From Candidatus Latescibacterota bacterium (GTDB taxonomy: Bacteria > Latescibacterota > UBA2968 > UBA8231): 64,000 bases of DNA. Below the pieces are notes generated by a model. It was not told the origin of the DNA and searched no databases. It worked only from the letters and a program-made list of their open reading frames with translations. The stretch covers positions 4,416,001-4,480,000 of the forward strand of contig OZ220089.1 of NCBI GenBank assembly GCA_964291625.2, read 5' to 3'. Shown here piece after piece: positions 8,372 to 18,068 of this stretch (position 1 is its first letter; each line of letters starts with the position of its first letter). The position numbers and the translations under genes are program-made.

Positions 8372-11035
8372 CTACAGGTCGATGCCGGCGTAGGCGGAGA
8401 TGAAGATCGAGTTGACGGTGAGAGTCTCGCCCACCTCGGGCATGCGGCGGTCGATCTTGGCCCCCAGCTGGGTGGTCACGCCGTAGCCGAGATAGGCCGA
8501 GAGGTTGGTGAACTGCACGGCGCCGACGATGCCCCGGAAGTCCCTGGAGTCGCGCAGCATGTCGTTGTGGAAGGTGAACTCCAGGCCCGCCTCAAGATCG
8601 GTCGAGCGCAGCAGGGGGAAGCCCATGAGCAGTCCGCCGAGCTCGGTGAGGGAGCGCTTCCTGTCGTTGGAGATCACGTCGATCGTCTGGTGGCGGAAGA
8701 TGCTCTTCCAGCGCGGCTCGAAGCGGATGTTGCCGATGTCGAAGCGATAGCTGATCCGGTTGATGACGCCGAAGAAGTAGTTCGTCTCGCGCTGGCTGAG
8801 CCGGGCGCGCTCCTCGGCGTCGAGGCGGGACTGGTAGAGGTCCCACTTGAAGAAGTTGTCGGTCTTCCAGCCGCGGTGGTCGTACTTGTGGCCCATCCAC
8901 AAGGTGTTGACGAAGGCGTCGCGCGCCAGCAGCAGGTCCTCGATCTTGGTCGCCTCGCCGGTGCGGATGTTGGCGTTGGGCAGCCACTGCACCAGCTCGT
9001 TCGGGATGTCGTCCTTCACGGACTTGACCATGTCGAAGATCCGCAGCCGGCCCCAGCCGGCGATGTCCCGGTCGATGCTCACCAGGGCGTAATCGGCGTG
9101 GTTCCTCTGGTTCGAGGAGATCAGCCCTTCGCGCAGGATCCCGGCGCTGACGCGGATGTCGGGGGTGACGTTCACGCCGCCGTAGATGTTGAAGCCGCGG
9201 TGGTCCCTGCGGTACGGGTAGTCGGGCTCCTCGTCGTTCTCGAAGCGGTCGATCCAGAAGTTGTTGTTGAGGTCGATGCCGTAGAGGAACTCGGGCCGGT
9301 CCACGTTGTGGCGCAGGAAGGGCTCGTCGTAGTCGGGGATCGAGTTGCTGATGAAGCGGTTGTCGTTCTGGTTGAAGTCGGAGATGAAGTCGTTGTTCTC
9401 GTCCCACCCGGGGAAGACGGTGGGATCGCCCGCCTGCCAGTCCTTGCGCACCGTGTCCGGGAACTGGTCCTGGTCGTCGTTGTCCTCCACCAGCTCGACC
9501 ACGTGGATGCGCTTGTCCTCGTAGTCGATGAAGCCGTCGCCAGAGGCGGTGTAGGTGCTGGTCGAGTAGCGGGGGTCCATGCTGTAGAGCTCGCCCCAGG
9601 CGAACCACGGGTAGCGGTTGCGGGAGATGTTGACCATCCAGGCCTCGGCGGCGCGGTCACCGCGGATTCCGGAGGCGGTGCGGTGGCCCTTTCTCACCAC
9701 GCTCGGGTACTTGCGGTACTTGTAGCTGAGGTCGTACTCGCCGTAGACGTCGAAGCCGGCGACTTTCTTCAACTCCAGGGTGGCGCCCCAGATCTGGGTG
9801 GCCGTGGGCAGTCCGTACTCGAAGGAGACGATCCGCAGGTTGGTGTTGTCCTGGACGTTGCCTTGCGCCTGGGTGACCAGGAGGGCCACGTTGCCCTCGG
9901 ACTGGTTGAGCTGGTTGTCGGAGGTCATCCACACCTGGTAGTCGTTGCCCAGGACATAGCGGAACTCGATTCCGACGATCTCCTCCTTGGAACCGCTGGC
10001 GTGGTTGACGAAGCCGGGGCTGTCGAAGTTGTAGCGCAGGCGGATCTCCTCGGTGCCGTCGGCGGCCAGGAAGCCGTCGCGCTCGAAGCCGCCCTCGATG
10101 ACCGGCGCGAAGCCGATCTGCTTGCCCCGGTCGACGCTGCCGTCGTCGTAGGTGATGATGATGTCCGAGCCGGCGGGGAAGAAGGATGCGCCGCCGCCGT
10201 CCTCGGGGGAGTCGTCGCGCAGGATCACTTCGATCAGGGACAGGGTCTTGTTCTGGTCGACGGTGAGCTCGCCGCTGATGGGGTTGCCGGTGAAGCCGTC
10301 GATGAGGGTGTTCGACTGGTGCGAGTTGACGGCTGTCAATCCCAGGGTGGCGAAGTCGCCCACCTGCACCGTGCCTCGGCCTCCCACCAGGGAGGTGAGG
10401 TTGGTAACGAGGGACTCCTGGTCGCTGGTGCTGCTGCCGCCGGGGCGGCTGAGGCGGGAGTAGAGGACCGTGCCCTGGTACTTGTCGGAGGCATAGTCGA
10501 ACTGCACGCCGTCCCACTGGGGCTTTGAGAAGGTCATGGGGGTCAGGGTCGTGCGGATCTTGGCGCCCATGGTCAGGGCATAGTGGTGCTGACCCTTGGA
10601 GTCGCTGGAGATCAGGACGCCGTCGAACCAGCGGCTGAAGTTGGCGCTCTTCAGCACCGACGAGCCGAACTGCCTGGGCTGGGTCTGGGAGTTGTTGAAG
10701 ATCAGCCAGCCCTTGGTGACGAAGTTGCCGTAGAGATCGTAGTAGTAGTCGCCCTCGCGGGTGACGCTGACGTACCGCTGGTAGTGGTCGCGGGCGTAGT
10801 TGGAGTAGTCCCACTGCCGCCAGCGGTACTCGTTGAACAGCTCCTGGGGGACGTACCATCTGCGAACGGCCGGGTCGAGGGCGCCGTGGAGCACACCCGG
10901 ACCCTGGGGTTGGAAAGAGACCTCGCCGCCGCGCTGGATGTCCCCCATCCGGGCGCCGTAGTCCTGGGCGGCCGAGGGCGCGGCCGGGGCCAGCAGGCCG
11001 AGGGAGCAGAGCGTCGCCAGGCGGAGTATCGTCAT
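8372..11035 (-). CDS. Large secreted, putative outer-membrane protein of unknown family (barrel-like paralog A)
   Basis: Start reassigned to MTILRLATLCSLGLLAPAAPSAAQ. Shares IRTxxTPMT, VNxH, DDSPxD and VEDNDD...FPG.D...PDYxEPFL...DLNNN..ID..END..PDYPY with three genes at 28740-37414. Amphipathic beta-strand C-terminus ending FISAYAGIDL. Confidence 0.85.
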   Translation of the reverse strand: MTILRLATLCSLGLLAPAAPSAAQDYGARMGDIQRGGEVSFQPQGPGVLHGALDPAVRRWYVPQELFNEYRWRQWDYSNYARDHYQRYVSVTREGDYYYDLYGNFVTKGWLIFNNSQTQPRQFGSSVLKSANFSRWFDGVLISSDSKGQHHYALTMGAKIRTTLTPMTFSKPQWDGVQFDYASDKYQGTVLYSRLSRPGGSSTSDQESLVTNLTSLVGGRGTVQVGDFATLGLTAVNSHQSNTLIDGFTGNPISGELTVDQNKTLSLIEVILRDDSPEDGGGASFFPAGSDIIITYDDGSVDRGKQIGFAPVIEGGFERDGFLAADGTEEIRLRYNFDSPGFVNHASGSKEEIVGIEFRYVLGNDYQVWMTSDNQLNQSEGNVALLVTQAQGNVQDNTNLRIVSFEYGLPTATQIWGATLELKKVAGFDVYGEYDLSYKYRKYPSVVRKGHRTASGIRGDRAAEAWMVNISRNRYPWFAWGELYSMDPRYSTSTYTASGDGFIDYEDKRIHVVELVEDNDDQDQFPDTVRKDWQAGDPTVFPGWDENNDFISDFNQNDNRFISNSIPDYDEPFLRHNVDRPEFLYGIDLNNNFWIDRFENDEEPDYPYRRDHRGFNIYGGVNVTPDIRVSAGILREGLISSNQRNHADYALVSIDRDIAGWGRLRIFDMVKSVKDDIPNELVQWLPNANIRTGEATKIEDLLLARDAFVNTLWMGHKYDHRGWKTDNFFKWDLYQSRLDAEERARLSQRETNYFFGVINRISYRFDIGNIRFEPRWKSIFRHQTIDVISNDRKRSLTELGGLLMGFPLLRSTDLEAGLEFTFHNDMLRDSRDFRGIVGAVQFTNLSAYLGYGVTTQLGAKIDRRMPEVGETLTVNSIFISAYAGIDL

Positions 11036-11087
11036 CCTTGAAGGCACGGGTTTCTCCTCGAGGGTTTCGGCTTCCTGGGCGCCGGCT

Positions 11088-14000
11088 TCAGTAGGCGACG
11101 GCGACGGTGCGGACCACGGACCGGCCCGAGTCGCCGCTGTCGACGTCGAGGTGGAGCTTGACGATGTAGATCCCCGGGGGAACGAGGTTGCCGCCGCTGT
11201 CGCGCCCATCCCAGGAGAGGGACTGCAACCCGGGGGCCACGACCCGCTCCTCGCGCCAGACGCGGCGTCCGGCCAGGGTGTAGACGCTCACCCGCAGGCT
11301 GCGCGGATCGGTGATGCGGTAGATCGACAGGCCGATCTCGGTCTGGTCGTTGATGAGGTCCCCGTTGGGCGAGAAGGGATTCGGAGAGATCGTGACCTCT
11401 TCGACCACCTCGCCTTCCAGGGGCACCGAGAGGGTCAGGGTGTTCGACTCCAGGTCCGGCACGGCATCGCCGGCCTCGACGCTCTGCCAGCGGGCCTCCG
11501 GGTCGGCGCCGGCGTTGCGCACGGCCAGGTTCAAGGTGGTGCCGTTGAGGAGCACGGGGGCCTGGAACCGGACGCGCACACGGGGGCCGGGACCGACGAC
11601 CCGGCCGCGCTCGTCGCGGGAGAGCCGGGAGTAGTCGCTGGCGTCCAGGGAGTCGCCGCGGTCATCGAAGGGATACTGGGCGCCGTCCCCCTTCTGCACG
11701 CGGAAGTAGCGCGCCAGCCGCTCGCTTTCGTCCAACTCCTCCCAGGATCGCTGGTCGGTCTCCTGCAACTCCCCGGACTCGAGCCTCCTGAAGTAGAGGA
11801 CCTTCCCCTGCTCGTCGTCGTCGAGCAGCCCCCAGGAAGCGGCCGACAGGAGGATGCCGTCCTGGGTCACGGGGACCTGCATGCTGTCGGCGGTGATGCG
11901 GTAATAGGCCCGGCTGGTGTCGGGCAGGAGCGTCACCGTGTCGGCCAGGCGCACCCAGATCGAGTCGGCCCGCTGACGGACCACGCTCAGGCGATCGCCG
12001 CCGCCGTCCGCGTAGCCGCCGTCGGGGCCGCGGGTGAACAGGCGCCGCTCCCCCTCCCGGCCCCCGTCGATCTCCATCTCGATCAGCTCCATCCGGCCGG
12101 AGGCGGGCATCGACAGCAGGAGCTCGTCGAAGCCGAGGCTGGGCGCCGGCCGGGAGATGAACCTCGGCTGCAGGAAGACGTCGAAGGTGTCGATGCGGCC
12201 CACGGCGGGCACCTCGGTGGGCGTGATCTCCGCCAGGATGCGCTCGGCCACCGGGTTTAGGAGCTCGACGCGGATCGAGCGGATGGCGGCGGCCAGATCC
12301 CGGTCGGTCGTGGTCAGGCGGACCTGGATCTGGGCGAAGCGGCGCAGTCCCGGCGAGGTCACGCGGTCGCCCTGGCGCTCGTAGGCCCGGCTCCAGGAGG
12401 ACCACCCGGCGGTGGGCACGAGGGTCGTGTCCACCGGGCCCTTGAAGCTGCCGATGAGGTTCTTCCAGGCGGTGTAGGCGATCTCCTGTCCCTGCCTGTC
12501 GAAGTAGCGTACGATCCGGCCCAGCAGGTCGCCGGAGCGGGTGCGGATCTCCATGCCGGTGCCGGGGGGCACGTCGGCCTCCCAGGTGATGGCGCCGAAG
12601 TGGCGCGGACCGGGCAGCTCGATGAGGTCGGAGGTCAACAGGACCTCCGCGGGATGCCCCTTCGAGAAGAGCTGATACTCGGCGATGGTGGGGCCCGTGT
12701 TGTAGCCTCCGCGCCGCCTCGGGTCGACGGAGACGATGCTCACTTCCAGGAAGCGCAGCGGCGGCAGGTCGTACGGGTCCAGGAGATTCTGGAAGCCGGA
12801 GACGCTGTTGTCCTCCCGGCTGCGCGGGCTGATCCGCGTCCAGTTGATCCGGCCGCTGGCGTCGAGGGAGCCGTCCGACCCGCGCACGATGTAGCCGTCG
12901 ATGTAGGGCCGCGGGCGGGAGGTGGATATGCGCATGGCGTCCAGCCAGAAGGTGGCGGCCAAGTCGACGGTCAGGACCCCGCGGTCGATGGTGGGCGACC
13001 AGACCAGGTGCAGGAAATTGGTGGAGTAATCGCCGTCGAAGCCCGGGCCGGGGGCGAAGGTGCCACCCGTGAGGAAGACGCTGCCGCCGCCCTCGATGAT
13101 GCCGGGGCTGATGTTGTCCCCCGCTCCCCAGATCTCGACATCGGCCAGGCGGGGGCGTTCACGCCGGTAGTAGTCGCGGCGCCCCTGGCGGTCGGCGCCG
13201 AGGGACTCGTAGACCTCCCGCTCCACCGGCTCCTCGGTGCCGGCCAGGTCACGGATGTAGTAGAGGATGTCGCCGCGGTCCCCCGGGTCCAGGGCGAGCC
13301 AGGCCTCCTCGCCGTCGAGGAGCTGGCCGCGCCCCTGACGCGAATCGGTGACCACGACCCGTATCGTCTGCACCATCCGTCCCGTCCACTCGGCGCTGGA
13401 GCGGTGCAGCGGGAAGTCGAAGGAGAAGGTGCGCTCGCTCTCGTTCGGCGCCTCGGTGCCCCCGACGCGAAAGAAGTCGATGCGGTCGGCGTCCTGGGCG
13501 ACGGGTTCCTGATCGGGGGCGGCGAGGAGGCGGAACTGCCGGAAGGGATCGCCGAGGTCCTCCTCGACGAAGTGGAGCCGCAGGGTGTCCACGGGGACGA
13601 CCCGCCCCAGGTCGATCTCCAGCCACCAGTCGTCGACGGGGTCGCGGGGGTCGGGCTCCCACCAGGTGCTCGGATCGCCGTCGAGGACATTGGCGGCGGC
13701 CTCCGGGTTCGAGCCGACGCGGCTGATCCCGGGGCGCAGGAAATAGGTGTAGATCGGATTGTCCTTGCGGTCGAGGATGATCTCGCCGCGCACGTCGAGG
13801 GTCTCGGTGCTGTCCACGTTCAGGATCGCCGTCTCGCCCTTTGACCTCTTCAGCCCGGGCAGGGTGCGGGTGAAGGTCTCCCGGTCGTCGAGGATGTTGA
13901 AGCGATCGCGGAAGCGGTGGGGAATCACGCTGCCATCGGCATTGAGGTCGACGGCGTGGACGGGCACGCTCCAGCGCTGCCAGTGCCGGTGGCTGTCGAC

Positions 14001-14138
14001 GACTATGGCGTTGTTGGTGAGGCGGTAGCCCGTACGCCGCTGGGCCTGGGCGGGATCGGGTGGGATCAGGGCCCAAGCGATGGCCGGGATGACCAGCCAG
14101 GGGGTGAGGGAGTGAGTGCGGGAATCGGGAACTGCCAT
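11088..14138 (-). CDS. Secreted double-discoidin-like + FlgD-Ig protein (paralog 3)
   Basis: Signal peptide; LDGDPSTWW..WLEIDLG (F5/8-like), second FDGD...VDLA unit, EIRTRSG, WSSWS, RFAQ, PNPFSPNGDLIND, WDGRDSGGNLVPPGIYIV; ends VAVAY. Confidence 0.85.
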   Translation of the reverse strand: MAVPDSRTHSLTPWLVIPAIAWALIPPDPAQAQRRTGYRLTNNAIVVDSHRHWQRWSVPVHAVDLNADGSVIPHRFRDRFNILDDRETFTRTLPGLKRSKGETAILNVDSTETLDVRGEIILDRKDNPIYTYFLRPGISRVGSNPEAAANVLDGDPSTWWEPDPRDPVDDWWLEIDLGRVVPVDTLRLHFVEEDLGDPFRQFRLLAAPDQEPVAQDADRIDFFRVGGTEAPNESERTFSFDFPLHRSSAEWTGRMVQTIRVVVTDSRQGRGQLLDGEEAWLALDPGDRGDILYYIRDLAGTEEPVEREVYESLGADRQGRRDYYRRERPRLADVEIWGAGDNISPGIIEGGGSVFLTGGTFAPGPGFDGDYSTNFLHLVWSPTIDRGVLTVDLAATFWLDAMRISTSRPRPYIDGYIVRGSDGSLDASGRINWTRISPRSREDNSVSGFQNLLDPYDLPPLRFLEVSIVSVDPRRRGGYNTGPTIAEYQLFSKGHPAEVLLTSDLIELPGPRHFGAITWEADVPPGTGMEIRTRSGDLLGRIVRYFDRQGQEIAYTAWKNLIGSFKGPVDTTLVPTAGWSSWSRAYERQGDRVTSPGLRRFAQIQVRLTTTDRDLAAAIRSIRVELLNPVAERILAEITPTEVPAVGRIDTFDVFLQPRFISRPAPSLGFDELLLSMPASGRMELIEMEIDGGREGERRLFTRGPDGGYADGGGDRLSVVRQRADSIWVRLADTVTLLPDTSRAYYRITADSMQVPVTQDGILLSAASWGLLDDDEQGKVLYFRRLESGELQETDQRSWEELDESERLARYFRVQKGDGAQYPFDDRGDSLDASDYSRLSRDERGRVVGPGPRVRVRFQAPVLLNGTTLNLAVRNAGADPEARWQSVEAGDAVPDLESNTLTLSVPLEGEVVEEVTISPNPFSPNGDLINDQTEIGLSIYRITDPRSLRVSVYTLAGRRVWREERVVAPGLQSLSWDGRDSGGNLVPPGIYIVKLHLDVDSGDSGRSVVRTVAVAY

Positions 14139-14229
14139 CGGTCGTCCCTGAGGCCGGATCTCCCTTCCCGGCCGGGATGGGCTGTCGCAGGACCGCGGGT
14201 CTGCCGCTGCGAGGGCGGATCAGGGCGAG

Positions 14230-14258
14230 ATTTAGTGAAGGGCCCTCTGGTCTGTCAA
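14230..14258 (-). promoter_or_regulatory. Putative internal promoter for 11088-14138 and downstream genes
   Basis: TTGACA (14253-14258, containing the upstream TGA stop)-N17-CTAAAT. Confidence 0.4.
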
Positions 14259-16573
14259 GGCGGTCCGGCCCCGGCTCCTCGGATCTCCGCCCCGGCCTGC
14301 CCCTGGCGCACCAGCACCTCGGCGCCGGCCGGCAGGGCCCCCCAGCTCTGGCGCTGGCCGCCGGGCCATACGACCTCCAGGTGGTCCACCTCTACGGCCG
14401 TGCCCAGACCGACCGTGACGGCAGCGGCGTTGGAAGAGCCGAACCCGAAGCCGCTGGCCACCTGCGCGTGGACCCGGGAGCCGCCGGCTTCGATCAGGAT
14501 CCGGGCCCCCAGGGCGTCACGGGACCCCGACAGGGCGCGTACGGAAATCGATCGCCCCGCGGGGCCGTCGTTGCGGTACAGGGCGTTGGCCCAGATATCG
14601 GCGTCGTAGTGCCCGCCGAGGCCGGCATAGAGGTCCTGGTCCCCATCCTCGTCGTAGTCGGCGAAGGTTGCGCCGTGCCCCTTGCCCAGGTTGGCCACCC
14701 CGGCGGCCCGGGAGATGTCGGCGAAGGTCCCGTCGCCCCGGTTCAGGAACATCACGTTGGGCTCCAGCCGGAACATCTCCGGACCCCCGTTGGCCAGGTA
14801 GAGGTCGGGAAACCCGTCGTTGTCGACATCGCCCACACCGGCTCCCATGGAGCCGAAGGAGCGCCCGAGGCCGGCGGGCCGGGCCACGTCCGTGAAGGTG
14901 CCGTCTCCCTCGTTGCGATAGAGGAAGGGCCGGTTGGGCTCGACCGCCTGGCCGTTGACGGCGCTGTGGAGGACGTCGTCGAAGGCGCTCATGGTCGAGA
15001 CGAAGAGGTCGAGGAGGCCGTCGTTGTCGAAGTCCAGGAAGAAGCAGATGTAGCCGCCCTCGACAGGAAAGACCACCCCGGCTTCGGCGGCGGCGTCGTC
15101 GAAGAGCATTCCGCCCTGGTTCCGGTAGAGGCGATTGGGGCCGCCGATGTTGGCGCAGTAGATGTCGGGGAGACCGTCGGCATCGTAGTCGCCGCTGGCG
15201 GTGCCGATGCTCTTGAGGGAGTCGTTCACCCCCGCTTCCGGGGCGATGTCGGCAAGCAGGATCACCCCCCCGGGCGCCGTCCGGTTGTGGTGCAGGCCGT
15301 TGGCGCCTCCGTCGGCGATGACGCCGTTGGCGACGTAGAGATCGAGCCTGCCGTCGATGTCGAAATCGCCCCAGGCTGCGGTGAAGCTGGCCTCCGCCCC
15401 GGACAGTCCCGCCTTCCCCGCGACATCGACAAACCCCGAGCCGCGGTCGTTGCGGTAGAGCGAGTTCGGCGCCGCTCCCTCCCAGGCGTCGCGGGTGACG
15501 AAGAGGTCCGGGTCGCCGTCGTCGTCCACGTCGGCGGTGGAGGCCCCCCAGCCGCCGCGGGGATCGTCCAGCCCCTGGGCTCCGGTGACGTCTTCGAACC
15601 GCCCTCCCTGGTTCTGGTAGAGCGAGTGCGGGACGTGGATGCCGACGCTGAAGAGGTCCCAGTCGCCATCGCCGTCGAAGTCGAGCCAGCTGCTGCCCCG
15701 ACCGCGGTCGATCTTGGCAACGCCGGCCGCCATGGCGACGTCGACGAAGCGGGGCACCGAAGGGGGCGGGGGAGCAGGCGAGTAAGGGGTGAACTGGTAG
15801 CGCGGCTCGGGCTGACCCGGTGATCCCGCGGCGTCTCTGGCCAGGCTCAGCAGCCACAAGGCCCGCCGCCGGTCGAGGGCGGCATCGCCGGAGAGGTCGA
15901 CGGCCCGGCGCAGGGCGTCGACGGCCCCGCCGGCATCCCCCGCCCACAGGGCGGCGGTGCCTGTCAGCATCCACAACCCTCCGTCGGAGTGCAACTCCGC
16001 CAGCTCGCGCCCCCGCCGGGCGGCAGCCTCGAACCGGCCGAGCCTCAGCTCGGCCTGCAGCAGCATGCCCTCGGCGACGCGATGCCCGGGCGCCTCTCCG
16101 AGGATCTCGGCGCTCCATCGAGCCGCGGCTTCCAGGTCCATGGTGGCCGCCGCCTGCAGGGCGAGGCTGGCGAGCAGCACTCGCGCCTCGACGGACTCCG
16201 GCGAGCGGGCGAGAATCCGCTCGGTCTCTGCCCGGGCCTGCAGCGCCTCTCCATCGAAGGCCCGCACCCACGCCCGCAGCACACCGTAGAGGGGTCTCTG
16301 CCGCGCTTCGGGCGGCAGGCTCTCCAGTTGCTCGAGGGCGGCCTGCCGCCGGCCGCTTCCGAGATGCGCCTCGGCCAGCCTGAGGCTCACTTCGACCGGG
16401 TCCGCACCCTCCCGGGAGGCCGCCTGCAGGCAGTCCGCCGCGGCGGCATACCGTCCTTCGCGAGCCAGTTGCAGGGCGTGGCCCAGCCGGGGATCGCCCG
16501 CGGGGCCGGGGGGCGGCGCGGCGGGAGAGCAGCCCGCCGCCGCGGCCAGCCAGATGGCGAGGACCGCCGTCAA
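14255..16573 (-). CDS. TPR + CRTAC1/FG-GAP + ASPIC-UnbV lipoprotein
   Basis: AAAGC lipobox, N-terminal TPRs, repeated DxDxDGDxDL FG-GAP motifs, C-terminal DALGARI...GFGSSN...GLG...VVWPGG. TTG start overlaps the upstream TGA. Confidence 0.85.
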   Translation of the reverse strand: MTAVLAIWLAAAAGCSPAAPPPGPAGDPRLGHALQLAREGRYAAAADCLQAASREGADPVEVSLRLAEAHLGSGRRQAALEQLESLPPEARQRPLYGVLRAWVRAFDGEALQARAETERILARSPESVEARVLLASLALQAAATMDLEAAARWSAEILGEAPGHRVAEGMLLQAELRLGRFEAAARRGRELAELHSDGGLWMLTGTAALWAGDAGGAVDALRRAVDLSGDAALDRRRALWLLSLARDAAGSPGQPEPRYQFTPYSPAPPPPSVPRFVDVAMAAGVAKIDRGRGSSWLDFDGDGDWDLFSVGIHVPHSLYQNQGGRFEDVTGAQGLDDPRGGWGASTADVDDDGDPDLFVTRDAWEGAAPNSLYRNDRGSGFVDVAGKAGLSGAEASFTAAWGDFDIDGRLDLYVANGVIADGGANGLHHNRTAPGGVILLADIAPEAGVNDSLKSIGTASGDYDADGLPDIYCANIGGPNRLYRNQGGMLFDDAAAEAGVVFPVEGGYICFFLDFDNDGLLDLFVSTMSAFDDVLHSAVNGQAVEPNRPFLYRNEGDGTFTDVARPAGLGRSFGSMGAGVGDVDNDGFPDLYLANGGPEMFRLEPNVMFLNRGDGTFADISRAAGVANLGKGHGATFADYDEDGDQDLYAGLGGHYDADIWANALYRNDGPAGRSISVRALSGSRDALGARILIEAGGSRVHAQVASGFGFGSSNAAAVTVGLGTAVEVDHLEVVWPGGQRQSWGALPAGAEVLVRQGQAGAEIRGAGAGPP

Positions 16574-18066
16574 GGGAGGCCGCCGGGGGCAGACGGGGCT
16601 GCGAGGGCGGCCAGTCTCTCCTCCGCCCGGGAGTGGCCGGGGTCCAGGGAGAGGACCCGGGAGAGGTGCCTGCGGGCGCCGGCGGCATCGCCCGACTCCG
16701 CCAGGAGTGTCCCGAGGGCATAGTGAGCCTCGATATGGTCCGGGTCCACGGCAAGGCTCTGCCGGAGACTGGCCGCGGCTTCCCGGGTCCTGCCCCTGCG
16801 GGCGTAGATCAGGCCCAGGTGGAAGTAGGCGGCCAGGGCGTCGGGATCGCGGTCCTGAAGGCGGCGGAAGACGCTGGCCGCCTCGTCGTCCCGCTCGAGT
16901 GCGAAGAGGGCCCGCCCCCGGCCCGAGATCGCCGCGGCGGAGGAGGGAAGCAGGCTCTCGGCGGTGGTGAAGGCGGCCAGGGCAGCCCCGGGTCTGCCGA
17001 GGCGGAGGTGCGCCTCGCCCTGCAGCTCGCGGGCCCTCGACTCCAGGGGCCGCAGGGCCGCGGCCTGTTGCAGGGGCCCCAGGCTGTCCCGCGGGCGGCC
17101 GTCCGCCAGACGGAGGACGCCCAGTTGCAGCCAGGCCTCGGCGAAGGTGGAATCGACCTCGAGGGCGCGAAGGAATTCCGCTTCGGCGGCGGGTCTCTGC
17201 GAGCGGCCGGCGTAGACCTGGGCCTGGTCGAAGTGACGCCGGGCGGCCGTCAGGCGCTGGAAGGCGCGCCTGGATCCGGCCGCCTCGTCGGGACTCCCCA
17301 TCTCGTCGGCGACGCTGGCCCGCAGGTAGTGGGCGCGCTCGCTGCGCGGGTCGAGGTCCAGGGCCGCGGCCAGGTCCCGCAGGGCGGCGTCGAAGTCTCC
17401 CGAGCGGCGCCGGACCTCGGCGCGGCCCAGCAGGCTCCCGAGGCTCCCGGATTCGAGGGCGATCGCCCGGCTGTAAGCATCCGCAGCCTCGTCGAGCCGG
17501 CCCGTGGCGGCCAGCAGTTCACCGCGATACCGATGTCCCTCGCCGAGGGTTGAATCCAGGGAGACGGCGCGCTCGAAAGCGGCCAGCGCCGAGTCGAGCC
17601 GGCCCATGGCCCGCAGGACCTCCCCGCGGCTCAGGTGGAGGTCGGCGCGCGCCGGCGCCAGCGGCAGGGCGCGGGAAAAGGCGGCGTCCGCCTGGGCGTA
17701 GCGGTTCAGGGCGCGCAGCGAGGTGCCCAGGGCCAGGTGCAGCCCGACGCCGTCGAAGCCGAGCCGGCCGGCGCGCTCCAAGGCGGTGACCGCCTCGGCG
17801 TGCTGGCCGAGCCGGGCCAGCACCAGGCCGAGGTTGAAGTGGGCGTCGGGAAGCTCGGGCGCGAGATCGACGGCCCTCCGGAGAGCGGTCAGGGCCCGCC
17901 GGGGGCTGTCTTGCTGGAGGTAGATGGCGCCACGATTGCTGAGGGCCAGGGCCTCCCCGGAGGGCGCGGAACCGCCCGCGGCGGGGGCCGAACCGGGGTC
18001 GGGGGGTTCGGTGGCGCAGCTCCACAGGGCCATGGCCGCAGCCATGGCGCGCCAGCTGGCGCGCAT
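16570..18066 (-). CDS. TPR-repeat lipoprotein
   Basis: LWSC lipobox followed by tandem TPRs (AHFNLGLVL, AYFHLGLIY, AHYALGTLL). Confidence 0.85.
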   Translation of the reverse strand: MRASWRAMAAAMALWSCATEPPDPGSAPAAGGSAPSGEALALSNRGAIYLQQDSPRRALTALRRAVDLAPELPDAHFNLGLVLARLGQHAEAVTALERAGRLGFDGVGLHLALGTSLRALNRYAQADAAFSRALPLAPARADLHLSRGEVLRAMGRLDSALAAFERAVSLDSTLGEGHRYRGELLAATGRLDEAADAYSRAIALESGSLGSLLGRAEVRRRSGDFDAALRDLAAALDLDPRSERAHYLRASVADEMGSPDEAAGSRRAFQRLTAARRHFDQAQVYAGRSQRPAAEAEFLRALEVDSTFAEAWLQLGVLRLADGRPRDSLGPLQQAAALRPLESRARELQGEAHLRLGRPGAALAAFTTAESLLPSSAAAISGRGRALFALERDDEAASVFRRLQDRDPDALAAYFHLGLIYARRGRTREAAASLRQSLAVDPDHIEAHYALGTLLAESGDAAGARRHLSRVLSLDPGHSRAEERLAALAAPSAPGGLP

Positions 18067-18068
18067 CC

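Noticed and set aside
14600-15750. Recurring GTCGCCGTCGTCG-like DNA repeats as a possible array
   Set aside because: They encode DxDxDGD FG-GAP protein repeats; there is no fixed repeat-spacer periodicity and no cas genes.
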